Shown piece after piece: positions 19,373 through 27,911 of a DNA stretch of 64,000 bases; position 1 is the stretch's first letter; each line of letters begins with the position of its first letter. The translations under genes were made by a program, and so were the position numbers. This DNA is from a candidate division WWE3 bacterium. GTDB taxonomy: Bacteria > Patescibacteriota > WWE3 > 2-01-FULL-39-13. The notes below the pieces were generated by a model. It made no database searches. It saw only the letters and a list, made by a program, of their open reading frames with translations, and was not told the DNA's origin. Location of the stretch: NCBI GenBank assembly GCA_943354835.1, contig CALRDH010000003.1, positions 104,496 through 168,495 on the forward strand, in the 5' to 3' direction.

Positions 19373-20644
19373 ATGAAGAATTTTCCAAATAAATTAATTG
19401 AAATATATAAAGGGAATTTTATTTTAAGTAGATCATCTATAGTTATTGTCTCGTCTCTTTTTGGGAGTGTTTTTTCATACCTATTTCAGTTTTTATCAGC
19501 ACGAAGTTTAAGTGTTGAAGAATATTCAGAACTTGTTTCGCTTTTCTCATTAAGCGTAATAATTGGCACAATCATGCTGGTTTTTACAAACGGAACGACA
19601 AAGCTTGTTGCTGAAATAAAATCAATTAATTATCCAATTAGAATTTCAAATTTTTTCTTCTCTTTAATGAAGCTTGTTTTATTAACAACTATAATCGTTT
19701 TTATAGGCATGGTAGTTTTCCAAAATCAAATTGGATCATATCTAAATATTTCAAATAAAAGTCTAATTTATATATTTGCAATCGCCGTCATTCTTGGAAA
19801 TATAAACTCTGCATTAGGGCCGATTTTGCAAGGACTTCAACGATTCAAAGCATTTTCGTTTTACAACATATTTAATTCATTTGCGAAATTTCTAGTTGCT
19901 GTAATAGTTTTATATTTTGGACTTACTGTAATAGAAACATTTTGGGGCTTGGTAATTTCAACAGTCGTAAGTATTGCGGTAGGAGCTGTTTTGTTAAAAA
20001 AGAATTTACGTCTAAATTTAAAAGCATTTGATAATGAGGATATAAAAACTTTAGCAAAGTATTCAATCGGAAGCATCTTAATTTTGGCGGGCTTAAATTT
20101 CTTACAAAATAACGACATAATTTTGGTAAAACATTACTTTGATGCAAACCTTGCAGGCATATATGCATCTCTAACAGTTATTGGCAGAATTGTCTTTTTT
20201 GCAGCGTCGCCAGTTGCAATAGTTATGCTTCCAATTTGCGCCGAAAGATATAAACATGGCGGAGATGTTGTAAAACCATTTTTAATTTCGATTTCAATTT
20301 CAGCATTAATTGCGTCATCAGTTTCTTTGGCCTATTGGCTTTTCCCAAAACTAATAATTGGAATTCTATTTGGTGAAAAATACATACAGTCAGCTCCATA
20401 CTTACCATTATTTGGTTTATTTATGCTTTTTTACACAGTCTTATATGTCGTTGGAATGTTTTTTATATCCATATCAAAATTCAAGCAAGGATCACTAATG
20501 TTAATCGGTGCAGTAATACAAATCGTCGGGATTTACTATTTTCACGAAAATTTATATCAAGTTATATGGGCGTCAATAATAGGAACAATCACATCACTAA
20601 TTGCTCTAACGCCATTTCTAATTGCTGATATTAGAAAGAAGTGA
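19373..20644 (+). CDS. Wzx-like oligosaccharide flippase / polysaccharide biosynthesis protein (MOP superfamily)
   Basis: 423 aa, about 12 predicted TM helices, in the size and arrangement typical of Wzx. Adjacent to GT genes. Confidence 0.55.
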   Translation: MKNFPNKLIEIYKGNFILSRSSIVIVSSLFGSVFSYLFQFLSARSLSVEEYSELVSLFSLSVIIGTIMLVFTNGTTKLVAEIKSINYPIRISNFFFSLMKLVLLTTIIVFIGMVVFQNQIGSYLNISNKSLIYIFAIAVILGNINSALGPILQGLQRFKAFSFYNIFNSFAKFLVAVIVLYFGLTVIETFWGLVISTVVSIAVGAVLLKKNLRLNLKAFDNEDIKTLAKYSIGSILILAGLNFLQNNDIILVKHYFDANLAGIYASLTVIGRIVFFAASPVAIVMLPICAERYKHGGDVVKPFLISISISALIASSVSLAYWLFPKLIIGILFGEKYIQSAPYLPLFGLFMLFYTVLYVVGMFFISISKFKQGSLMLIGAVIQIVGIYYFHENLYQVIWASIIGTITSLIALTPFLIADIRKK

Positions 20645-22450
20645 GGAAGCCGCTTGATTGTTTGGATCTGCAATCATTATTTGAAGCAATATTTCCCTAG
20701 CCTCGGAAATCTTACCTATCTTTGAATATATCAAAGCAAGATTATAAGCAAGCTCAACCGATTGGTTCTTTGAAAAAGCCTGCTCCATATATAGTGCAGC
20801 CTTTTCAAAATCTCCGCTATTAAAATAGATACCTGCAAGATTCTGGAATGATTGCCAAATGTTTGAATTTATTTCAATTGCTTTTTGATAATCGTTTATT
20901 GCGCTATCCATATCACCTTTGCTTTGATGCGCCGAACCTCTGTTGTGATATGCATCGGCATAATTTGGATTAATTTCAATTGCTAGGGAAAATTCTTTAA
21001 TCGCATTATCAATATCGCCGCTTCTTGAATAAACATCCCCCATATTATTGTGCGTATTTGGGCTAGAAGGTGAGGTTTTCGCGGTTGCGACCCATAGAGT
21101 ATCTTCGCTTTTCCAGTCTTCGTTTCGCACAATAGTACGGATCGAAAGCGCGACAATCGCAACCGCGAAAACCGTATATACAAAAACCCTCAAACCTTCC
21201 TTTCTACAAAGTCTCTCGAGAAAAAATCCTACCATTGCAAAAATCCCAACTGACCCTAAATAAACATACCTTTCAGCAACAATCCAGGCTAAACCAAGTG
21301 GCGCTAACGTTACAGCTATTGAAATGAAAAAGAAACTTCCCCAAAAGAAAATAAATCCCCAGATATTATTTACATTTCTATTTTTCAAAAACTTAAAAAA
21401 GGCATAAATAATAATTCCAGCAAAAATTATGAAAATTAAAGACCGAATTACATATTGTCCATTCGAGAAACTCATTTCCGAATGATACAAAGTTAATCCA
21501 GTTGGCCAAAAGATCATTCTCAAATATTCTGAGGTCGCAATTGGAATTTGCGCTAAAGGACTAATCATGTCATTTCCTCTTGAATAATAATCTTGCTGTA
21601 AACCAACTTTTCGTTCACCAATCTTTCCTAAAAATAAAAGAGAGAAGAAAACGGTTACTAATATATGTGGAATATATGTTCGGGTTTTTGAAAATCCGCC
21701 TCTAAATATAAAATCATATATCGGATAAATTATGATAAGCGGAGCGGCTTTTTCATTCGTAAATATCGATAGTAAAAAGAAGAACGCCGAAAAAAGGAGG
21801 TTCCTTAAATTTCTTGGATAAAATATGTAAAGTGCAAAAGATACCAAAAAGAAGAATGTATATTTATCGTAGGGGCCCCCTGATATCCAAGTAACAGATT
21901 CAACTAATATCGGATGCACAGCAAATAAGCTTGCAACAAAAATCCCTAAATCTCTTGAATGTTTCTTGTGAAAAATCAAATAAATGAGCAAAACCGATCC
22001 AATGTGAAATATAAGATTTACCAATCTAAACATAATCGGATTTGGCCCACCAAGTTTATAAAGAAGAAAATACGAAAGGGAAGTTACTAATCCGTTGAGT
22101 TGATCAATTCGGAAAGTCCTTAAATTGGGGTTATTTAAAATAGATCCAATATCATCAGAAACCAAGCCACTGTTAAGTCCATTTGCATATACAAAAAAAG
22201 TTAATAGTAAAAGCCCTATTAAAATTTTCTTTTCAGCTTTTATCCAATTTACAAAATTAAATTCTTCACCACGTTTATTATCCGGCGCAAGTCCGCGAAC
22301 ATACTTTTCATATTTTTCTTTTTTCCAAATTTCTTTAAGGTACAAAAGGACCTCTTGTTGCAAAAGCCCAGCACCTTGCGAAAGTTGAGGCAAATTCAAT
22401 TTGTTAATATTCTTCTTAATGAATTTTTTTTGCGTGTGTGTTAAAGCCAC
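20618..22450 (-). CDS. Polytopic membrane protein with C-terminal TPR repeats (GT-C/PMT-like N-domain + TPR)
   Basis: 610 aa. The N-terminal ~450 aa is multi-TM. The C-terminus carries at least 3 TPR repeats (AIKEFSLAIEINPNYADAYHNRGSAHQSKGDMDSAINDYQKAIEINSN...). Confidence 0.55.
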   Translation of the reverse strand: MALTHTQKKFIKKNINKLNLPQLSQGAGLLQQEVLLYLKEIWKKEKYEKYVRGLAPDNKRGEEFNFVNWIKAEKKILIGLLLLTFFVYANGLNSGLVSDDIGSILNNPNLRTFRIDQLNGLVTSLSYFLLYKLGGPNPIMFRLVNLIFHIGSVLLIYLIFHKKHSRDLGIFVASLFAVHPILVESVTWISGGPYDKYTFFFLVSFALYIFYPRNLRNLLFSAFFFLLSIFTNEKAAPLIIIYPIYDFIFRGGFSKTRTYIPHILVTVFFSLLFLGKIGERKVGLQQDYYSRGNDMISPLAQIPIATSEYLRMIFWPTGLTLYHSEMSFSNGQYVIRSLIFIIFAGIIIYAFFKFLKNRNVNNIWGFIFFWGSFFFISIAVTLAPLGLAWIVAERYVYLGSVGIFAMVGFFLERLCRKEGLRVFVYTVFAVAIVALSIRTIVRNEDWKSEDTLWVATAKTSPSSPNTHNNMGDVYSRSGDIDNAIKEFSLAIEINPNYADAYHNRGSAHQSKGDMDSAINDYQKAIEINSNIWQSFQNLAGIYFNSGDFEKAALYMEQAFSKNQSVELAYNLALIYSKIGKISEAREILLQIMIADPNNQAASSLLSNISN

Positions 22451-22491
22451 ATAAAGATTTTAGCAAGAATTGGTGATAAAATTTAAACCAA

Positions 22492-23331
22492 ATGGAAATA
22501 AGCTTACTATCCGTAATTGTTCCTATATATAAACAAGAAAAGACAATTAAGGAAGATTTATTATCGATTCACGCAACCCTTTCAAAAACACCATACAATT
22601 TCGAAATTATTGGAGTTGTTGACGGAACGGCGCTAGATAGTTCACTTTCCGAAGCAAAAAAAGTTAAAAAAGATAACGTTAAAATCTTTGGATATAAAAA
22701 TAATAAAGGCAAAGGCCAAGCTGTTAGATTCGGAATGCAAAAGGCATCAGGGGACGTGATTAGTTTTATTGATTCAGGAATGGATATTGCGCCAGCCGGA
22801 ATCGTAATGTTACTCGAGCATATGAAGTGGTATAACGCCGACATTATTATAGGGAGCAAACTTCATCCAGCCAGTATTGTTAAAAATTATCCAACTAAAA
22901 GAAAGTTTTTGACTTATTGCTACTATATTATGGTTAAAGTTCTTTTTGGACTTAAGGTTCGTGATACACAAACTGGCCTTAAAGCATATAAAAGAAAAGT
23001 TTTAGAAAAAGTTTTGGATCTTTTGGTTGTTAAAACATTTGCCTTTGATATTGAACTTTTAGCAGTTGCGAATAAATTAGGATTTAAAAAGATTTATGAT
23101 GCTCCAGTTATTGTTAATTGGGAACCTACAAATACTTCTCTTGGCAAAGTTTTTAGAAGCGGAATTATTAGGGATTTTATGATGGATACTTTAGCAGTTT
23201 GGTATCGAATGAATATTTTGAAATATTATTATAATGGAAGAAGCCGCGTTAAAGTTTTTGACGAAGATTTAGGTATGAATATAAATACAGGTGCAATGTA
23301 TGAAAGAAAAAGACACAATGCAAGACACTAA
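22492..23331 (+). CDS. Glycosyltransferase family 2 (Dpm1/ArnC-like)
   Basis: LSVIVPIYKQEK...VVDGTALDS...FIDSGMDIAP is the GT2 fold pattern. Confidence 0.75.
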   Translation: MEISLLSVIVPIYKQEKTIKEDLLSIHATLSKTPYNFEIIGVVDGTALDSSLSEAKKVKKDNVKIFGYKNNKGKGQAVRFGMQKASGDVISFIDSGMDIAPAGIVMLLEHMKWYNADIIIGSKLHPASIVKNYPTKRKFLTYCYYIMVKVLFGLKVRDTQTGLKAYKRKVLEKVLDLLVVKTFAFDIELLAVANKLGFKKIYDAPVIVNWEPTNTSLGKVFRSGIIRDFMMDTLAVWYRMNILKYYYNGRSRVKVFDEDLGMNINTGAMYERKRHNARH

Positions 23332-24394
23332 ACCATTGGTTTCTATTATTATAATTTGCGAAACGTGGAATAATTTTCTTTCTGAAGCACTTCCCTATTA
23401 TTCAAAGCTAGATTATGCAAATTTTGAGGTTTTTGTGTTTATGACAGAAAAGCCTTCAAAAGATGTCGCCAATAAATACCACAAGATTAAATTCATAGCT
23501 TCCCCTGAAACAAAAAATAAACCTGCTGAAAAAAGAGACTTGGCAATTAAATACGCGAAAGGCGAATTTTTCGCTTTTATAGATGACGATGCATTCCCAC
23601 ATAAAGATTGGCTTAAAAATGCCGTTGAGATTTTGCAAGATGAAAGCGTTGTTGCAGTAGGAGGTCCTGGCGTAACACCACAGGGACTGGCCCGAAAGGG
23701 CCTAGGCCGTGAAGGGCCAGGCCCTACAGCGATGGAACATGCCTCGGGATTTGTTTCTGCAAGTCCACTTGGTGGATTTGGCTCTACATATAGATTTATT
23801 CCACAAGAAAGACGCGAAGTTGATGATTTTCCTTCAATGAATCTTATTGTTCGCTCAGAGGATTTTAAAAATGTCGGTGGCTTTGATTCTTCTTTTTATC
23901 CAGGAGAAGATACAAAACTTTGTTTAGACTTAACTCAAAAACTCAATAAAAAAATAATCTATGATCCAGGAGTTCTTGTTTATCACCACAAGCGTCCACT
24001 TTTCAAAAAGCATTTAATTCAAAACGGAAGATATGGTCTTCACCGAGGACACTTCGCAAGAATTCTTCCAAAAACTTCACGAAGATGGTTTTACTTTATT
24101 CCTTCAATATTTGCAATTGGAGTAATAACGGGAAACATTGCAACGTTAATTTCGCAGTACACAAAATCGCCTGCTTTTATCAACTTATATGCGACTATTT
24201 TTCAATTCTTTTTCGGAATTTATATCTTCATGCTTTTTATAAACGCCATTTGGGTATATCAAAAATCAAAAAACATATACGTCTCACTTCTAACAATCCC
24301 CGGGGTCTTTCTAACTCACCTTTGGTATGGAATAAAATTCATACAAGGATTCATAAAGCCAAAAATGGAAGACAAATACGGAAGAACGGAATAA
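23291..24394 (+). CDS. Glycosyltransferase family 2 with C-terminal TM segments
   Basis: PLVSIIIICETWN...FAFIDDDAFP...GEDTKLCLDL, with a C-terminal hydrophobic region. The start may be the internal Met at ~23318. Confidence 0.7.
   Translation: MQCMKEKDTMQDTKPLVSIIIICETWNNFLSEALPYYSKLDYANFEVFVFMTEKPSKDVANKYHKIKFIASPETKNKPAEKRDLAIKYAKGEFFAFIDDDAFPHKDWLKNAVEILQDESVVAVGGPGVTPQGLARKGLGREGPGPTAMEHASGFVSASPLGGFGSTYRFIPQERREVDDFPSMNLIVRSEDFKNVGGFDSSFYPGEDTKLCLDLTQKLNKKIIYDPGVLVYHHKRPLFKKHLIQNGRYGLHRGHFARILPKTSRRWFYFIPSIFAIGVITGNIATLISQYTKSPAFINLYATIFQFFFGIYIFMLFINAIWVYQKSKNIYVSLLTIPGVFLTHLWYGIKFIQGFIKPKMEDKYGRTE
23684..23730. repeat. GC-rich palindromic mini-insertion inside AT-rich coding DNA (GGCCC-GAAA-GGGCC hairpin, CCTAGG, GGCCnnGGCC)
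   Basis: cagggactGGCCCGAAAGGGCCtaGGCCgtgaagGGCCaGGCCctacagcg at ~23684-23730. It is in frame and encodes GLARKGLGREGPGPT. Confidence 0.5.
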
Positions 24395-24459
24395 GAGATG
24401 ATACCCTACTCCCTCAACTCCTCCTTGACTCTGCGCCTTTATTATTTTCTAATGGTGTC

Positions 24460-24708
24460 ATGTCAGATAATGTTCAAACACTAACTAAGGATAGTATTGA
24501 GATTCGAGTTCATAGAGATATGTGCATTAGTGCTGGGCCTTGCACTGTTTATGCTCCTAATACTTTTGATATTGATGATTCCGGAATCGCATTTATTAAA
24601 GCTGGCGATTGGGATTCTTTTGAAAAGATTTTTGAAGCAGCTAAAAGTTGCCCTGTTTTAGCAATTGAAGTTTATAAAGATGGTAAAAAGGTTTATCCTG
24701 AAAATTAA
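24460..24708 (+). CDS. Small single-cluster ferredoxin
   Basis: MSDNVQTL...VHRDMCISAGPCTVYAPNTFDIDDSGIAFIKAG...AAKSCPVLAIEV shows a CxxxGxC...CP ferredoxin pattern. The track ORF 24085..24708 has a spurious 125-aa N-terminal extension overlapping the preceding gene. Confidence 0.55.
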   Translation: MSDNVQTLTKDSIEIRVHRDMCISAGPCTVYAPNTFDIDDSGIAFIKAGDWDSFEKIFEAAKSCPVLAIEVYKDGKKVYPEN

Positions 24709-24711
24709 TAT

Positions 24712-26364
24712 ATGAAAAAAGAAAAGTCCGACGTAACAATCGTAGTTGGTTATCCTCCAATCGAAACAGAAAAAGGTACACCACTTTTAAGCCAAAATAG
24801 ACAATTTCAATATTTCAATTCTCCAACTTATATTTACCCAATGGTACCAGCATATGCTGCAAGTAACCTAAAAGACAAAGGCTACACAGTTTATTGGATG
24901 GACGGGATTTCAGAAGGCAAAAAATATGATCAATGGGTTGATGAATTAACAGCAACAGCGCCAGATTTTTTGATGATGGAAACAAAATCGCCAGTCGTTA
25001 AAGCTCACTGGAAAATAATTGATGATATAAAATCAAAAATTCCAGCTCTAAAAATCGTAATTGTAGGAGACCATGTAACAGCATTCCCTGAAGAAACTTT
25101 AGAAAATTGTAGCGTTGATTACATTATAAAAGGTGGCGATTATGATTTTGTAATTGTGAACCTTTTAAATCATATTTATACAGGTGAAGAATTAGAAGGT
25201 GGCGTTTACTGGAGATTCGGTAATAAAGATATTAAAGCAAAACCAAAACAAACAATTGGAAAGTTTCACAATTCTGGACCAACCGCTTTAAGGCACAAAC
25301 TTGATGATTTACCATTTGTTGACCGCGATTTAACAAAATGGGAACTTTATGCTTACGAAAACGGAAACTACAAATATACTCCAGCAACATACATGTATAG
25401 CGGAAGAGACTGCTGGTGGAACAGGTGCACTTTTTGCGTTTGGGATCACACAATAAATCCAATTGGATCATACAGAAGTTTTTCACCAGAACGACTTTTT
25501 GCTGAAGTAAAACATGTTGTCGATAATTATGGAGTTCGTGAAATTTTTGACGATGCCGGAACTTTATTTATTGGTCCAAAACTTAAAAAATTCTGTGAAC
25601 TTTTAATCGAAAGCGGATACAACAAAAAAGTTGTATATGGATGCAACATGCGATTCAACGCATTAAATCAGGAATATTACGATCTAATGGCAAAAGCTGG
25701 TTTTAGATTCATCTTATACGGTATGGAATCTGGAAATCAAAAGACTTTAGATAAATTAGACAAAGGAACAAAAGAAGAAGACACAATAAACGGTTCCAGA
25801 ATGGCAAGCAAGGCAGGTCTTGAGCCACACGCAACAATAATGCTTGGTTATCCATGGGAATCATACGAAGACGCAAAACGCACTATAGAGGTTGCAAAGT
25901 ACTGCTTCAAAAAAGGCTACTTTAATACAATGCAAGCAACAATTGTTATTCCCTACCCTGCAACACCACTTTGGAAAGAATGTAAAGAAAAAGGCTGGCT
26001 TTTAACAGAAGACTACGATGATTACGATATGCGTGGTGCAGTTATGAAAATTGGCTTCTCCGAAGAGAAGCTAATGGCTCTAACACAAGACTTATATTCA
26101 GCATTTTTGTCGCCTCAATATATGCTTAGAAAAGTTATAAGCATAAGAAATATTGATGACATTAAATTCTTCTACATGGCTGGCAAAAAACTAATGGGAC
26201 ACTTACTAGACTTTGACCCAAGCCAAACAGATGTGAACTTTAAATCTATGAAATTCTGGAAAAATGCTAGTAAAAAACTAATGAGCCAATTCACAAGAAA
26301 TAAAACTACAGTAGATTCTGAAAAAGATATGGTTAAGCTAGAAGACAGCGCTGTTGCAAGATAA
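24712..26364 (+). CDS. B12-binding-domain radical SAM enzyme (class B rSAM)
   Basis: 550 aa. The N-terminal Rossmann-like B12-binding pattern is (...APDFLMMETKSPVV...LKIVIVGDHVTAFPEE...DYIIKGGDYD). The Cys cluster GRDCWWNRCTFC has Cx4Cx2C spacing, followed by a TIM-barrel-like region. Confidence 0.65.
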   Translation: MKKEKSDVTIVVGYPPIETEKGTPLLSQNRQFQYFNSPTYIYPMVPAYAASNLKDKGYTVYWMDGISEGKKYDQWVDELTATAPDFLMMETKSPVVKAHWKIIDDIKSKIPALKIVIVGDHVTAFPEETLENCSVDYIIKGGDYDFVIVNLLNHIYTGEELEGGVYWRFGNKDIKAKPKQTIGKFHNSGPTALRHKLDDLPFVDRDLTKWELYAYENGNYKYTPATYMYSGRDCWWNRCTFCVWDHTINPIGSYRSFSPERLFAEVKHVVDNYGVREIFDDAGTLFIGPKLKKFCELLIESGYNKKVVYGCNMRFNALNQEYYDLMAKAGFRFILYGMESGNQKTLDKLDKGTKEEDTINGSRMASKAGLEPHATIMLGYPWESYEDAKRTIEVAKYCFKKGYFNTMQATIVIPYPATPLWKECKEKGWLLTEDYDDYDMRGAVMKIGFSEEKLMALTQDLYSAFLSPQYMLRKVISIRNIDDIKFFYMAGKKLMGHLLDFDPSQTDVNFKSMKFWKNASKKLMSQFTRNKTTVDSEKDMVKLEDSAVAR

Positions 26365-26857
26365 TATGGAAGTATCAGAAAAAGTTTGCATACCATCGGT
26401 TTCAAAAACGCTAAAACACGAGCTTGTACATTTAATAGTCTCTATAGGTGTAGCCATTTTTATACATGTGACATACGGCGATATTTTAGTCTCTATATTC
26501 ACATTTGCACTCGCAATGTTCTTGGACGCTGACCACCTATTTGATTATTGCTTACATCTATACAAAAACGAAGGCGGAATTTCGGGACTTTTTAAATTCT
26601 CCGCAAAGGAATTTTTAAGCGGAGCCTACTTTCAAAAATGGCAAAAATTCATAACACCGCTTCATGCATGGGAAATTGCAATCGGCTCATTATTACTATA
26701 TTTTTTCTGGCTTCCCTACCCTATCTTTATGTCAATCGCACTTGCACTTTCATCACACTACTTAGTTGACTACGCAACAAACGACGTCAACAAAAAAGCA
26801 TACTTCATAATGTATCGTGCGAAAAATGGATTCGTAAAAAAAGCGATTAGTAGATAA
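26354..26857 (+). CDS. Small polytopic membrane protein (hypothetical; possible metal-dependent membrane hydrolase-like)
   Basis: 167 aa, about 4 TM helices, with His/Asp-rich loops (LDADHLFDY). Confidence 0.35.
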   Translation: MQDNMEVSEKVCIPSVSKTLKHELVHLIVSIGVAIFIHVTYGDILVSIFTFALAMFLDADHLFDYCLHLYKNEGGISGLFKFSAKEFLSGAYFQKWQKFITPLHAWEIAIGSLLLYFFWLPYPIFMSIALALSSHYLVDYATNDVNKKAYFIMYRAKNGFVKKAISR

Positions 26858-26879
26858 GTTTTTCTGATAGAATCCAGTT

Positions 26880-27911
26880 ATGCCAAAAACGTGGCCCTTA
26901 ATTTCGATAATTACACCAACTTTAAATGCAGGGAAAGTTTTAGAAACAGAACTTGAATCAATCCGCTCCCAAGATTACCCACAAGATAAAATCGAAATAA
27001 TAATTGCAGATGGCGGATCAACCGATTCCACTTTAGAAATTGCTAAAAAATATAACGCAAAAGTTTTTCCGAATCCATTAAAAACTGGCGAAGCTGGAAA
27101 AGCAGTCGCTGTTAAAAAAGCCGAGGGTAAATATATTGCTTTGATTGATTCTGACAATATCCTTCCGGATAATTCCTGGCTAAAAGAAATGATCGAGCCG
27201 TTAGAACAAAACCCAGACATCGCCGGATCAGAGCCTTGGGCTTTCATATATAGAAAAGAAGCTGGCTTTATTGAAAGATATTGTGCACTTATTGGTGCAA
27301 ACGATCCCATTGTTTTATGGTACAAAAATTATGACCGTGTAAATACTGTTTCCGAAAAGTGGACGGAATCAAACGTAATACAAAATGACATCGGAAGTTA
27401 TATAGCGGTAACCTTAAAAAAAGGTCACGAAGTCCCAACAATCGGTGCGAACGGAACAATTTTTAGATCAGACTTTTTACAAAGCGCAAATATTGGTGAC
27501 TATCTTTTCGATATCGACATTCTTCTGTCCGAAGTAAAAAGATTGGGTGAAGTGAAATTCGCGAAAGTTAAAACTAGCATTATTCATACGTACTGCGAAT
27601 CAAATATTAAAAAATTCGCACGCAAACAAAAAAGGCGCGTTCTCGATTACTATTTTTATCAATCTCTTGGACTTAGAAATACCGATTGGGAATCTAAAGG
27701 TTCGAAATACGCAATCTTAAAATTCGCTGTAGAAACAGCTCTAATATTTCCAAATGTTTTCTACGCAATTAAGGGGCTTCTAAAAAAACCAGACATTGCG
27801 TGGTTTTTTCATCCAATTGCTTGTCTGATAACACTATACCAATACGCAATCGGAACCATTTCATTTAAAATAAATAAAGCTACAATTAAAAGAGATGATT
27901 GGAAACAGTAA
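26880..27911 (+). CDS. Glycosyltransferase family 2
   Basis: LISIITPTLNAGKVLE...IIADGGSTDST...IALIDSDNI. Confidence 0.8.
   Translation: MPKTWPLISIITPTLNAGKVLETELESIRSQDYPQDKIEIIIADGGSTDSTLEIAKKYNAKVFPNPLKTGEAGKAVAVKKAEGKYIALIDSDNILPDNSWLKEMIEPLEQNPDIAGSEPWAFIYRKEAGFIERYCALIGANDPIVLWYKNYDRVNTVSEKWTESNVIQNDIGSYIAVTLKKGHEVPTIGANGTIFRSDFLQSANIGDYLFDIDILLSEVKRLGEVKFAKVKTSIIHTYCESNIKKFARKQKRRVLDYYFYQSLGLRNTDWESKGSKYAILKFAVETALIFPNVFYAIKGLLKKPDIAWFFHPIACLITLYQYAIGTISFKINKATIKRDDWKQ

Noticed and set aside
24085-24459. N-terminal 125 aa of track ORF 24085..24708
   Set aside because: It overlaps the 3' end of the GT2 gene in another frame and has nonsense-like composition. The conserved ferredoxin starts at the ATG at 24460.
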